Virus record (IMG/VR): IMGVR_UViG_3300009154_000029
Length of the DNA: 64,000 bases
Strand: one strand, 5' to 3'
Source: a virus
Taxonomy: Duplodnaviria; Heunggongvirae; Uroviricota; Caudoviricetes
Shown: one piece after another, positions 8,896 through 18,936 of the stretch
Numbering within the stretch: the first letter of the stretch is position 1
Layout: each line of letters opens with the position of its first letter
The notes under the pieces: model-generated
The model's database searches: none
The model's input: the letters and a program-made list of their open reading frames with translations, nothing else
Told to the model about the DNA's origin: nothing
Position numbers and translations under genes: made by a program

Positions 8896-9942
8896 ATGAG
8901 TCATCGTCACCACCATCCCAAAGTTTTATTCCTTCTTAAAAAGAAGAAAATTTACGACACTCAGTCTTACACCAAAGTAATTCACTCAGGACTTTTTAAC
9001 AGTGCTACTTTTGTTAATGACATGTTAAACGCAAACGGAGTAAAATCATATTGCGTTCAAGTTATTGATTCTAATGACATCGATCGAGAAGTAAGTAAGA
9101 TCAGACCATCTGTAGTAGTTATAGAGGCTCTCTGGGTTACCCCACAAAAATTCTTGGAACTTCATAAACACCATCCAAAGATTAAATGGGTAGTTAGACT
9201 TCACTCAGAAATGCCATTTATTGCAAACGAAGGTCCAGCCATGGAATGGTCTTTTGAATATGACAAGCTATCTTCAATAATGGATATTACTATTGCTCCG
9301 AACACTTTAAAAATGGTTGGTGATCTTGAAAAAATCGGAATCCAAAAAATAGCTTATCTTCCCAATTACTACCCAGTAAAAGAGTGTAACCACAAACACC
9401 ATAAAAGTAAAGATCATATAGACATAGGTTGCTTTGGAGCTATTAGACCAATGAAGAATCAATTGATCCAGGCAGTAGCCGCTATCGATTTTGGTAACTC
9501 ACTAGGAAAGCCTATACACTTCCACGTAAACTCAGAGAGGATAGAAAAGGGTGAATCAGTTATTAAAAATATTAGGGCTCTTTTTGAAAATCAGGAGCAC
9601 CATAAATTAATAGAGCATCCTTGGCATTCACATGAGGAGTTTATTAAAATAATATCCAAGATGGATATAGGTCTCCAAGTCTCTTTTAATGAAACATTCA
9701 ATATAGTGGCAGCTGATTTTGTTTCTGAAAATGTTCCAATTATTGGATCTGATGAAATAAACTGGCTGAACTTTATCTATAAGGCTAGTCCAACATCTTC
9801 AAATGAGATTGTTAAGAAAATGAAGATAGCTTACATGTTTAGAAAACTAAACCTGCAAAAGCTAAATAAAATTGGACTCAAAGGGGTTTCTGAAGAATCA
9901 AAAGAAACCTGGCTTTGGTATTTGAAATCAAAAAAACATTAA
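8896..9942 (+). CDS. hypothetical protein (His-rich N-terminus; possible glycosyl-modification enzyme)
   Basis: ORF track; sits in a cluster with GT2 and LpxH-like genes. Confidence 0.35.
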   Translation: MSHRHHHPKVLFLLKKKKIYDTQSYTKVIHSGLFNSATFVNDMLNANGVKSYCVQVIDSNDIDREVSKIRPSVVVIEALWVTPQKFLELHKHHPKIKWVVRLHSEMPFIANEGPAMEWSFEYDKLSSIMDITIAPNTLKMVGDLEKIGIQKIAYLPNYYPVKECNHKHHKSKDHIDIGCFGAIRPMKNQLIQAVAAIDFGNSLGKPIHFHVNSERIEKGESVIKNIRALFENQEHHKLIEHPWHSHEEFIKIISKMDIGLQVSFNETFNIVAADFVSENVPIIGSDEINWLNFIYKASPTSSNEIVKKMKIAYMFRKLNLQKLNKIGLKGVSEESKETWLWYLKSKKH

Positions 9943-9943
9943 T

Positions 9944-10138
9944 ATGGAAGCACTTTACGATTACATCTTTTGGTATAACCATCATGAAGAAATATGGTAT
10001 GCCATAGAAAGAGACACACAGTTGGATTTCTTTAGAGGGAACAGAGAAAACTCAAAGTATTATAAATCCAATACGCACTCAACCCTAGTTGAGATTATCA
10101 CAAAACCAAAGCTTCTAGCTAAATTAGAGGGCAAGTAG
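9944..10138 (+). CDS. hypothetical protein
   Basis: ORF track. Confidence 0.3.
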   Translation: MEALYDYIFWYNHHEEIWYAIERDTQLDFFRGNRENSKYYKSNTHSTLVEIITKPKLLAKLEGK

Positions 10139-10171
10139 TTTACACTAGATATATAAAAATAAAATCTTTCA

Positions 10172-10630
10172 GTGATTAAGAGATTTAGTGATTTTATTAA
10201 AGAAAGCATAGACAGTTTTGAAAATGAGATATTTTCTGCGTATAACGGAAGGTATCTATTTGACGTTACTAAGGCTTATCAATTTGCTAAGGATAATCCA
10301 GATAAAGCTAGGATTGAAACATATCCAAGTTTTTATCTTAGCCAGTACTCGCATCCAGATTTTTCACTGGTTGATCCTAAAAAGATTTCTAAGATCAGAA
10401 AAGAAATGGATTACGATAAACCACTTGGGCTTTTAGTTAGATTCAAGAATCCTGAAGATCCTAGAACGGAAGGTGAATGGGTTCTTATTGATGGCAACCA
10501 TAGAACAAGAATAGCGGTAGAAGAAAATATGCCAGGCAAACTGATGGTTATAAAAGATCCCAATGATGTTGAGACCTTTATGAAATTTGATCCCGAAATA
10601 CCCCACGAGCTTTTTCCAGAAGATTACTAA
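10172..10630 (+). CDS. ParB-like nuclease domain protein (CTS-like N-terminus MIKRFSDFIKE)
   Basis: LIDGNHRTRIA resembles the ParB/Srx DGxHR motif; N-terminus fits the recurrent motif. Confidence 0.4.
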   Translation: MIKRFSDFIKESIDSFENEIFSAYNGRYLFDVTKAYQFAKDNPDKARIETYPSFYLSQYSHPDFSLVDPKKISKIRKEMDYDKPLGLLVRFKNPEDPRTEGEWVLIDGNHRTRIAVEENMPGKLMVIKDPNDVETFMKFDPEIPHELFPEDY

Positions 10631-10842
10631 TAAGTGTTTCTGTCAGGAAATAGAGGATCTTGTTTTATCTCCAGATCTTTTTTGTTTTGTAGATAATTTA
10701 CAGAAGCTCTTCCGATATCTCCCAGTAGACCTGAGGTGTCATTAGGTCTTTTCATCTCTTTAACTATCTCCGGGGTTAATCCAGGATTTAATTTCTCAAG
10801 CCTTTTGGCTATTTGATCTAAATACTCTTTACTTGGTGTCAT
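10627..10842 (-). CDS. hypothetical protein
   Basis: ORF track; fills gap on minus strand upstream of 10850 gene. Confidence 0.3.
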   Translation of the reverse strand: MTPSKEYLDQIAKRLEKLNPGLTPEIVKEMKRPNDTSGLLGDIGRASVNYLQNKKDLEIKQDPLFPDRNTY

Positions 10843-10849
10843 ATTAAGA

Positions 10850-11611
10850 TTACATTGTTACTAATATGATGGGTCCTAAGTCCTGCGTAATTGAGCCAAC
10901 ATATTTAGTATAATTTTTTCTAATATAAGCTTGGCTGATCGTCCCGTCTGTGTATATTGAATTTGGGCATTTCATAGAATTCAAAAAGAATTCTGACAGC
11001 TCATAAAAAGATACTGGACCTTTTGAAATGACAAAACATGGAAGTCCGTCTTTGTCTACACCAATACCACCCCTATTTGTCTTATTCTTGGAATCCTTAT
11101 GTGCTTCGAAAATTGAATTTATCTTTCCATCTAAAGTGAGGATTGGTCCGTTTTGTATTGCAAATTTGAAACTTTTATCTCCAAAGTTAAATTCAGATGT
11201 TCCAACTATTCCCCATTTATCCCCACCACCATAAAAAACCCCATTTCTCTCACCCGAATTTTCGTCCAAGTGCATTCCAAAATTATCAGTCTCGCTACTA
11301 TTTTTAGAAGCTATGTCTTTACCGTAAAATCTATAATATCCTGTGTTGCCACCACCAGGTTCAAAGAGACATGCGTTCATAGCAAAATCTATAGCAAATG
11401 GTTCAAGTTTACCTTTTACTGGAAAGTCTGTTTTAATTGAATCAACACCTCCCATATCTTCCAGAAGGGATTCTAATGGACTAGATGAAATCTTATATTC
11501 AGACTTACCCATTGTATCATTTCTGATAATAACCTCTTGACCTTTTTTAACCTTGTAGTAATAGAATTTGCTATCCTGTCCAAATTCTTCAAAGAGCTTA
11601 AGATATTTCAT
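10850..11611 (-). CDS. phosphodiester glycosidase family (DUF2233) protein; likely start MKYLKLFEEF
   Basis: RGGIGVDKDG...DGTISQAYI resembles the DUF2233 C-terminal block; internal Met (minus-strand start 11611) gives a CTS-like N-terminus, alternative start 11653. Confidence 0.45.
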   Translation of the reverse strand: MKYLKLFEEFGQDSKFYYYKVKKGQEVIIRNDTMGKSEYKISSSPLESLLEDMGGVDSIKTDFPVKGKLEPFAIDFAMNACLFEPGGGNTGYYRFYGKDIASKNSSETDNFGMHLDENSGERNGVFYGGGDKWGIVGTSEFNFGDKSFKFAIQNGPILTLDGKINSIFEAHKDSKNKTNRGGIGVDKDGLPCFVISKGPVSFYELSEFFLNSMKCPNSIYTDGTISQAYIRKNYTKYVGSITQDLGPIILVTM

Positions 11612-11677
11612 AGATCGTAATTCGTTTCTTTTATATATCCAGTCCGAAATCATTCAGAGTTTTATGATATAATTTTT

Positions 11678-12103
11678 ATGGAGTATAAGAAATTTCAAAA
11701 AATGGTTGATCTGCTTAAGACCCACGAAAAAAAAGTTCATCAAGCCTACGATCTAAAAATAGATATGATAGACTTTTTTGACGATCTACAAAATGTCATA
11801 AGTATTCTTCTAGAGGAATCATACGGGAAGGAGGGTCTGGATTGGTTTGACTGGTTTAGATTCGAGTCTGACTATGGCAGAAAAAAGTGGGGTGGGGTTC
11901 CTGTTTATGAAGCGAGAGAAGACGGGAAAATTGTTGAGATAAAAGGAAGGGATTCTAAGTACGGTGCATATGACGAGAATGGAAATCCAATATGCTACTC
12001 TGTGAAATCAACCTGGGAATTTTTAGAATCAAATCACGGTAAAAATAAAAAAGATGCCAAGAAAAAAGAACCAAAATCAGGGAATCGAAAAAGAGGAAGT
12101 TAG
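11678..12103 (+). CDS. hypothetical protein
   Basis: ORF track. Confidence 0.4.
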   Translation: MEYKKFQKMVDLLKTHEKKVHQAYDLKIDMIDFFDDLQNVISILLEESYGKEGLDWFDWFRFESDYGRKKWGGVPVYEAREDGKIVEIKGRDSKYGAYDENGNPICYSVKSTWEFLESNHGKNKKDAKKKEPKSGNRKRGS

Positions 12104-12116
12104 ATACCAGATAGAG

Positions 12117-12554
12117 ATGAGCGACAGACAAATGTCGATAATGCAGGATGCCCTTGAATTTTATTCTAGATTCCTACATGGGCAAGTTGATTATATCCCA
12201 TCGTGTCTCGATTGGAGATTAAAACAAGATCACAGAACTCACATCAATCCAAAGATAAAGGAAGCCCTAAATACCCTTAAAAGGGAAATGTTTGGACTAG
12301 AGCACGAGAACTCCCATTGGGGCATAGGTACTAGTCACATTCCAACTATGGAAGATGATAAAAAAATGGACGAGCCTCAAATCTCTTATGAAATGTATAA
12401 GATGATTCTTTACACGTGGAGGCAAGAAAAAATGGAAACGTGTAAAAAAACAGGGGAAGATCCAGGCTGGACTGTTCATGACAGCTTGCCTCTTAAGTAC
12501 TCTTCGGAAAAGCTAATCTCAATAAAAAGAAACCAAATCTCCCAGGATATATAA
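12117..12554 (+). CDS. hypothetical protein (start chosen at MSDRQMS to avoid 50-nt overlap)
   Basis: in-frame ATG at 12117 just after upstream stop at 12103; track ORF starts 12054. Confidence 0.35.
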   Translation: MSDRQMSIMQDALEFYSRFLHGQVDYIPSCLDWRLKQDHRTHINPKIKEALNTLKREMFGLEHENSHWGIGTSHIPTMEDDKKMDEPQISYEMYKMILYTWRQEKMETCKKTGEDPGWTVHDSLPLKYSSEKLISIKRNQISQDI

Positions 12555-12557
12555 AGC

Positions 12558-14015
12558 ATGCCTGGAATCAATATTATTATCGGGGATTCTCAAACTCCAT
12601 TCATAGCCAACAGAACGCAGAACGTAAAAATGCTATCACGTAAGGGATCTAAAGGAGCTCTTTGGTTAGGTGGAATGGGTTTAAATTGGCTTAAAGATGC
12701 TTTAAGAGAACACCCCACAAACACTGACGTTTCTAATGTTGTTATTTGCATAGGAACAAACGGAGGATTTAATCCCAATGAGAATATACAGGGACTATTT
12801 ACTGAACTTAGAAGGGCTTTTCCAAAAGCAAAATTTTATGCTGTCCAAGGATCTTGGGGATGGGGCGGAAATAAGAACGTTACCCCAGCAAGGGTTAAAG
12901 CATACTATGATAAATTTTCAGACGAGGGTGCGACTATAATTAATCCACCAATAGGAAGTGTTTCAGATCCCCATGGCGATCTACCAGTTTATAGTAAAAT
13001 AGGTAAATCTATAGACTCTTACATAACAAATAAAAGTGATACCCCTGTTCAGGTTATTTCAAATAACACATCTGATTTCAACGGGACCCAAATTATCACA
13101 GAACCAATTAAATCAATAAATCAAACGACTCAGATAGATGCCTCGGGGGTTATATCTAGACCAGGTGATGTTTACCAATACATGATCAGAAATGATCATT
13201 GGTTAGCAAAGAAGCCTGGACAAAGCAGATGGTTCGAAATTTCAGGAGCGGATTACAAACCTCAGTTTCAACAGAGTTTGGATATTCTCGATAGGGAAAA
13301 CCCAGATGCAAGATCGGCAAGTGCTCCGAACAAAAATATTCCTGGAGGTGATATAGCTAAAAATCAGACTGTATTAAAAGGGTCAATAACCCCAGTGATT
13401 ACTCCAGTAATAGCAAACAAGCAGAATCAAGTTAAAGTTGTAAATTCTGGACCTGTTGGAAATTATGGGGATCTTAAAGAAGCTCAAGGTAAACCGTTAA
13501 TTATGGTTTTGGGTGGAATGCCAGTAGGAGGAAGACAAAGTGGCGGATCTAGAGGGTATATGTACGACTACCTTAACAAAGGGGGAATTGATTACACGTT
13601 ATTCGTTTCTAAAAATCATAAAATTGATGGAGCAGGTGCTTATCAAGCAGTTAAAGATCAGTTAGCTAAAGATGGGATAAAGTCAACTAAAAAGATTCTC
13701 TATTTATTTTCTGCTGGATATTATCCAGGGCAAATGCTTTTGGAGAAATTCGGAGCCGAAGAATTCGATAAAATCTATCTGGTTGATATCTGGATCGGTA
13801 ATTCCGGCGTTTCTAATTTTTATAAAAAAATAGCAGAGGATAATAAAGATAAAACGGAATACTATTACACAATATACGGATCCAGCAACAAGGAAGCAGC
13901 GGAATATATAGCTTCTAAGGTTAAGAACAAACTTAGCAATGATCCAAAAGGACAGGGATCAACTCATATGGCAACAAATATAGATGCCATGCAATCAATA
14001 AACAATTACATTTAA
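12558..14015 (+). CDS. SGNH/GDSL-hydrolase-like N-terminal domain protein
   Basis: IIIGDSQT block I (GDS) and GTNG block near residue 66; long C-terminal extension. Confidence 0.35.
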   Translation: MPGINIIIGDSQTPFIANRTQNVKMLSRKGSKGALWLGGMGLNWLKDALREHPTNTDVSNVVICIGTNGGFNPNENIQGLFTELRRAFPKAKFYAVQGSWGWGGNKNVTPARVKAYYDKFSDEGATIINPPIGSVSDPHGDLPVYSKIGKSIDSYITNKSDTPVQVISNNTSDFNGTQIITEPIKSINQTTQIDASGVISRPGDVYQYMIRNDHWLAKKPGQSRWFEISGADYKPQFQQSLDILDRENPDARSASAPNKNIPGGDIAKNQTVLKGSITPVITPVIANKQNQVKVVNSGPVGNYGDLKEAQGKPLIMVLGGMPVGGRQSGGSRGYMYDYLNKGGIDYTLFVSKNHKIDGAGAYQAVKDQLAKDGIKSTKKILYLFSAGYYPGQMLLEKFGAEEFDKIYLVDIWIGNSGVSNFYKKIAEDNKDKTEYYYTIYGSSNKEAAEYIASKVKNKLSNDPKGQGSTHMATNIDAMQSINNYI

Positions 14016-14040
14016 CAATAAAAAATAAATATATAATAAA

Positions 14041-14325
14041 ATGAGCAAATTACAAGTTTTAGATTTTTATGCGGAATGGTGCGGACCTTGTAGAGCGATG
14101 AGTCCAGCTATAGAATCACTAATGGCGGAACACAATACAGAGGGATCTGATTTAGAGATTTTAAAAGTTAACGTTGATAAAGAAAATGAACTATCTGAAA
14201 AATATGGCATCAGAAGTATCCCAGTTTTAGTTTTTACAAAAGACGGCGAAGAGGTTTTCAGAACAGTAGGCGCTCAGCCAAAAGATAAGATTGCAGCTAA
14301 AATAGCAGAGCTTAAAGCAGTTTAA
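14041..14325 (+). CDS. trxA: thioredoxin
   Basis: WCGPC active site at residues 13-17; 94 aa. Confidence 0.85.
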   Translation: MSKLQVLDFYAEWCGPCRAMSPAIESLMAEHNTEGSDLEILKVNVDKENELSEKYGIRSIPVLVFTKDGEEVFRTVGAQPKDKIAAKIAELKAV

Positions 14326-14342
14326 ATATAAAATAATATAGC

Positions 14343-15884
14343 ATGAATAATTTTCAGAGGTTTAGCGAGTATAGCGGTATTAATCAGCCAGGGATCTTTT
14401 CTGACTCAGAGGAAAGACATACAGCAAGATACACGCTAAAAGAATTTAAAAACGTAATCAAACAGGAACTCTATGAATCTGAGGGATATGTTGACGAAGA
14501 ACTAATCAAGGAAGCTTATATGTACTACGAGATGGCATCTTTTACAGATTCTAAGGGCGATTGGACTTCAGGTAAAGAAAATATCATGTCATTGGATGCC
14601 GGTGAAAATGTGATCCTCATAAAAAATAATGAGGCATATGTTATATCAAAAAGCACTTTTGATTCGGTTAATGAAGATTGGTCTTTTGCTAGTGCTAAAA
14701 ATGCATTTAACACTCTAAGAGCAAAAGCTTCTTCTACCATCGATAGTATGTCAGCAGGAGCAAAAAAAGCTTGGGATGGATTAAGTGACGGTGCAAAAAA
14801 AGCTTGGGAGTTTGTTAAGACTATACCCTCAGTTGTCACAAAGTTAGTAAAGGGAATGAGTTGGAAAGAATGGACCTCGCTAACACTTGGGGTAATATCT
14901 GCTTTAACTGGATTGGTTGGAGCGGGAATCCCCGGGGTTACCATACTAGGAGGAGTATCTCTGTCCCTTTTGGGTGCTATGGATATCTGGGAAGGTTGGG
15001 AAAAGTATCATGAAGCTTCAAAGAAGCTTGGAAAAATAGATCTAGGTGATGGTGCAAAAAATAGTGCAATTATGGTCTCGGCTTTACCCCAAATTGCAAC
15101 GGGAACTATCCTATTATCTTTAGGAATTAAAGATGTACTTGAGGGATCATCAACAGCTCTGGTTAATCCTGCTGCCGGATCTGTTGCACTAGCGATTAAA
15201 AACACTGCATTAAAAGCTTCTAATAATATAATCGCTTCTATGGGTCATAATATGACTCATATGGCATCAGGTTTTATTAAAAAGGTGGTTGAAAAAATTA
15301 CAAAAAATCCTAAATTGGCATCAAAAGTACCGGGTGTTGCCGGTAGGATTGCCGTTATTGTTTTAGGTAATGTTGTGCTTGGGAAATGCTTAGACTGGCT
15401 ATTTAAGGGCATCATGAAGGGAGCAAAACTTTTAACCTCCGCTTTTAATTTTCTTCTGGATATACCAGCAAAGATCTCTCAGGGAATAGAAACATTCAGA
15501 AGCAAAGCAACCTCACCTATAGCTAAAATAGTTGGTAGTGGTCTTGGCAATTTGGTTAAACCTCTAACTGACTCTGCATCTAAAATGATTAACAAATACA
15601 TCAAGCCCATGTTAGATGGCGTAAGAAAATTTATAGATTTCCAGATATTAACCTATGATCTTTGTCAGGAGACATTAAAAGAAGAAGAGAAAAAACCAGA
15701 AACGAAAAAAATACCAGTTGCTAAGATTCCTGCAACCAAGGGTAAGCCTATTATAAACACAAAGAAGGAACCTCAGAAAGCAACCAGTAAAGATCTTGGA
15801 CTTGTAAAACAAATAAAGGGAATTAAGGAGGGCATAGAAACTCGTAACGTTTACAACTTTGATCAATTTTTAAGATTCGGATAA
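14343..15884 (+). CDS. large hypothetical protein with internal hydrophobic segments and Lys-rich tail (possible virion or internal protein)
   Basis: 513 aa; repeated AKKAWDGLSDGAKKAWEFV; hydrophobic stretch around residues 180-260. Confidence 0.4.
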   Translation: MNNFQRFSEYSGINQPGIFSDSEERHTARYTLKEFKNVIKQELYESEGYVDEELIKEAYMYYEMASFTDSKGDWTSGKENIMSLDAGENVILIKNNEAYVISKSTFDSVNEDWSFASAKNAFNTLRAKASSTIDSMSAGAKKAWDGLSDGAKKAWEFVKTIPSVVTKLVKGMSWKEWTSLTLGVISALTGLVGAGIPGVTILGGVSLSLLGAMDIWEGWEKYHEASKKLGKIDLGDGAKNSAIMVSALPQIATGTILLSLGIKDVLEGSSTALVNPAAGSVALAIKNTALKASNNIIASMGHNMTHMASGFIKKVVEKITKNPKLASKVPGVAGRIAVIVLGNVVLGKCLDWLFKGIMKGAKLLTSAFNFLLDIPAKISQGIETFRSKATSPIAKIVGSGLGNLVKPLTDSASKMINKYIKPMLDGVRKFIDFQILTYDLCQETLKEEEKKPETKKIPVAKIPATKGKPIINTKKEPQKATSKDLGLVKQIKGIKEGIETRNVYNFDQFLRFG

Positions 15885-15905
15885 ATTAACAGATTTAAAT
15901 AAAAA

Positions 15906-15934
15906 AAGCCTAGAAATTCTAGGCTTTTATTTTG
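15906..15934 (+). terminator. rho-independent terminator
   Basis: AAGCCTAGA-AAT-TCTAGGCTT hairpin followed by TTTATTTT. Confidence 0.6.
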
Positions 15935-16063
15935 CGTTTTATTTTTTAAGGTTACTTAAAATCTCCTGGTTTTTTTTAATTCTTTTAAGATTTTTAGCTT
16001 GGTTTTTTTTGTTTTTGCTTGGTTTTTCCTGATTGTTACTTGCTTTTGACATGTTTGTTTTGG

Positions 16064-16933
16064 TTATTTTAAAAGTGCATAGTATTCTTTGAAGAGCTTT
16101 AACCTCTCTGGAAGACCTATGGTTCCCCCGTTTACTCTTTTTGTAACTGAGGTAACTGTTGCATCATCAGCACCTTTATCACAGATAGTCCAAAGACCAT
16201 TCTTTTGAAAAAAGAAAGCTGCAGAAGCAAGAGCGTATTTAGTTGATAATAAATCTGGATTTTCGATGATATTATCCTCTACGATTTTATCAAAATCAGA
16301 GTAGTTGGATTTACCTGTTGTTTGTAAAGCACCTCTTCCACGGAATTTCCAGCCATCTCCAGAAGATTCGTCCCCGTTGCCCATCCTTGAGGAGTAAACC
16401 TTGTTAGCAATCTTCTCTGGATTTTTAGCATAAGATTCATTCAGATTTCCTGGGAAGTATTTAGGAAAGATCTTCTTAAGACCATCCGCAGAGTAATTAA
16501 GATTCTCTGTGAACGATTTCCAGTGTCCAGATTCATGAGCTGCTTGTGACAGAAGGTGTGCAAGTCTTAGCACATTAGTGATTCCAAATTTAGCAGCGGT
16601 GTCTGGGATTTGTGCAATAATAGTGTCAGGCACATGTCCCTTAAGTGCAGACAGTTTAAATTCGCTGTTTGGAATAGCTACTTCAGATTCAGTTACTGTG
16701 ACAGAAGAGGCATCCAAACCCATCTTAGTCCAAGTCGCAGGTCCAACTATACCATCGGCAGATAAGCCATTTGCAGATTGCCAGGCTTTAACTGCTCTGT
16801 CTGTTCCAGGACCGAAATCGCCATCAGCGGTTAGCCCTAATTTGGCTTGAAGTTTCTTAACATCTTCGCCTTTAGATCCAATTTTAAGATTCATAGAATA
16901 TCGTTTTTTGCAATATATATCCGGGAGGGTCAT
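16064..16933 (-). CDS. endolysin: PG_binding_1 domain plus GH19-type muramidase/chitinase-like catalytic domain
   Basis: N-terminal KLQAKLGLTADGDFGPGTDRAVKAWQ (PG_binding_1 twice); AHLLSQAAHESG block typical of GH19 phage lysins. Confidence 0.7.
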   Translation of the reverse strand: MTLPDIYCKKRYSMNLKIGSKGEDVKKLQAKLGLTADGDFGPGTDRAVKAWQSANGLSADGIVGPATWTKMGLDASSVTVTESEVAIPNSEFKLSALKGHVPDTIIAQIPDTAAKFGITNVLRLAHLLSQAAHESGHWKSFTENLNYSADGLKKIFPKYFPGNLNESYAKNPEKIANKVYSSRMGNGDESSGDGWKFRGRGALQTTGKSNYSDFDKIVEDNIIENPDLLSTKYALASAAFFFQKNGLWTICDKGADDATVTSVTKRVNGGTIGLPERLKLFKEYYALLK

Positions 16934-17019
16934 AAAATTGGGTGAAATCTTTTCGGAAACCCTAGATAGAACACATACCGCATAAGGCGGAGCTTATTAA
17001 ATAACTTAAAGAATTAATT

Positions 17020-17535
17020 ATGATTTCAAGATTCATTTTAAGTGCAGCTGTTATGTCTGCCTCCCTTTTTACCACAAGCCTCAATCTAGGGGAAACTAAA
17101 AAAAGTGTGAACTATCAATCTCTCTATGAAGAGATAGTTAAGCAGGGAATAGAGTATCCAGAGATTGTTTGGGCTCAAGCCGTTTTAGAGTCAGGAAACT
17201 TTGATAGTGATGTTTTTCATAAGAATAACAATCTATTCGGAATGCGTCTCCCAGAGAGGAGAAGAACTGTAGCTGACGGAGCTTTTCACGGGTATGCTAA
17301 GTATGGGTCATGGCAAGAATCTGTGGAGGATTATAAGCTATATCAAGAATACTACTTCAAGGATAAAAAGATATCCAAAAAATCATACTTCAGTCATCTA
17401 AATAGATCCTACTGTGAAATAGGAGGACAATACTCAACCAGGGTTAAGTCAATTATTTCCAAAATGTATGATCCTAAATTCAAAACCCCCGAAAATCTTA
17501 GAGATGGAATATTTGGAAACGAATCGGACGATTAA
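17020..17535 (+). CDS. glucosaminidase-like (FlgJ/mannosyl-glycoprotein endo-beta-N-acetylglucosaminidase family) cell-wall hydrolase with signal/anchor
   Basis: WAQAVLESGNF block plus hydrophobic N-terminus. Confidence 0.5.
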   Translation: MISRFILSAAVMSASLFTTSLNLGETKKSVNYQSLYEEIVKQGIEYPEIVWAQAVLESGNFDSDVFHKNNNLFGMRLPERRRTVADGAFHGYAKYGSWQESVEDYKLYQEYYFKDKKISKKSYFSHLNRSYCEIGGQYSTRVKSIISKMYDPKFKTPENLRDGIFGNESDD

Positions 17536-18208
17536 TCAAATCCCAAATTTGGTAGAATATGAACTCAAAGAGATTCTACCTGGCATATTCTCGGCAATAA
17601 TCAAAGACGATTACCAGAGGGCTATGCTATTCTTGAGGTGTCAGGAGTATTATGAATCAGCATTTTCTGAGATCAAGGGGAAAAATTTCGAGATCTTCGA
17701 ATTCATGGAGATCTACAGAAAGCCAAAGGGAAATGACATTTTTATGTATCCCTTAGATTGGGGTGGATTTAATGTTCCTGGACATATTATCGAAACTTGC
17801 ATAAATAGCGTTTTTCGTCACAGTAGCGGCGTTTACGTAACTCCGTATGATTACATAATGGATTCGATAATTAATCGAATTAAGGAGGGAATAAAGAAGA
17901 ATAAGAGGTGGTATCTGATCGGAGTGGATAAAGAGGACAGCAAAACTATGGAACATGAGATCTGTCACGGATTATATTACACTAACAGAGCCTATAAAAA
18001 GAAGACACTAGAGATGGTAAGAGCTATTCCTGATAAGATATCAAAAAGAATGAGAGACATCCTCTCAGGGATGGGCTATTGCAAAGAGGTCTTAGATGAC
18101 GAGATTCAGGCTTATTTGTCGGTCGAGCCCACAAAGGAGATGAGTAAAATAAGGGGGATTAAAAAGCTTCAAAAATCTTTTCGGAATCACCTTTCAGAAT
18201 ACATATAG
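17468..18208 (+). CDS. hypothetical protein with HExxH (HEICH) motif; start uncertain (17468, 17504 or 17624)
   Basis: track ORF overlaps upstream gene by 68 nt; in-frame ATG at 17624 lies after the upstream stop. Confidence 0.35.
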   Translation: MILNSKPPKILEMEYLETNRTINQIPNLVEYELKEILPGIFSAIIKDDYQRAMLFLRCQEYYESAFSEIKGKNFEIFEFMEIYRKPKGNDIFMYPLDWGGFNVPGHIIETCINSVFRHSSGVYVTPYDYIMDSIINRIKEGIKKNKRWYLIGVDKEDSKTMEHEICHGLYYTNRAYKKKTLEMVRAIPDKISKRMRDILSGMGYCKEVLDDEIQAYLSVEPTKEMSKIRGIKKLQKSFRNHLSEYI

Positions 18209-18212
18209 AAAC

Positions 18213-18245
18213 AAAAAAAGCATAGTTTTACTATGCTTTTTTTTA
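18213..18245. terminator. bidirectional rho-independent terminator between convergent genes
   Basis: A-run, GCATAG-TTTTA-CTATGC hairpin, T-run. Confidence 0.6.
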
Positions 18246-18265
18246 TGGGTAAATGTTTTAATTAT

Positions 18266-18907
18266 TTACATTTTACTTTTGATAAACTCTTTTCCTTTTT
18301 GTTTGATAAACTCTTTTCCTTTTTGAATTAGCTTACCTACTGCTTGAAATTTTCCCATTCCTAGTTTTTGTAAACCACCAAACGTCTTTTTGTATGATCC
18401 GGCGTCTAATTTTCCCCTGTTATTAGCAGCAGTCAATTGCATAAATCTCATAGATATCTTAGGAAGAAGATCTGAATTTTTCTTACCTTTAAATCTATCT
18501 CCAAGACCTGCACCACTAATAGGCTTCTGCAAAATAGCTCTTGCTGCATTGTCGTCTTTAGCAGATAATATCATATTAGCTAAAGCTCCACAGTATTTGT
18601 TTAGAGCAACTTGTTCTGCAGCAGCTGCAGGATTTTTCTTTTTCATCATCGCAGCCTTCTTCCAAAGTTTTTTGTCTTCGTTCATTACTTCTAAATCACT
18701 GTAGTAATCGAAATAATCTTCAGCCTCAGCTAATTCTTCGTCGTATTCGAATTCATCTTCGTATCCGAATTCTTCATCTAATTCGTCAGAAAAGTCACCA
18801 TCAAACTCGTCATAATTGTCAAATTCTTGGTCTAGTTCCTGATCTAGTTCGAAATTTTCTTCTTCGTTGATAAACTCGTCGAAGTTTCTGATAATTTGTT
18901 TGTTCAT
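18266..18907 (-). CDS. acidic/basic bipartite protein, paralog A (MNKQIIRNFDEFINEEENFELD)
   Basis: CTS-like N-terminus, D/E/F-rich low-complexity region, Lys-rich C-terminus with KGKEFIK tandem repeat. Confidence 0.5.
   Translation of the reverse strand: MNKQIIRNFDEFINEEENFELDQELDQEFDNYDEFDGDFSDELDEEFGYEDEFEYDEELAEAEDYFDYYSDLEVMNEDKKLWKKAAMMKKKNPAAAAEQVALNKYCGALANMILSAKDDNAARAILQKPISGAGLGDRFKGKKNSDLLPKISMRFMQLTAANNRGKLDAGSYKKTFGGLQKLGMGKFQAVGKLIQKGKEFIKQKGKEFIKSKM
18281..18325. repeat. 24-nt tandem repeat (about 1.9 copies) encoding KGKEFIK x2
   Basis: gataaactcttttcctttttgttt repeated directly. Confidence 0.6.
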
Positions 18908-18936
18908 TGCTTGTTTATTTTTTTTTTTATATATAT

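Noticed and set aside
10218-10436. Alternative-frame ORF inside the ParB-like gene, and similar nested ORFs (11028..11540, 28730..29134, 59537..59785, 58997..59218)
   Set aside because: They are nested within longer, motif-supported ORFs in another frame and have no independent support.
12054-12116. Upstream start of track ORF 12054..12554, overlapping the previous gene by 50 nt
   Set aside because: The in-frame ATG at 12117 sits right after the upstream stop and gives a compact arrangement like the rest of the array. The longer start is kept as an alternative only.
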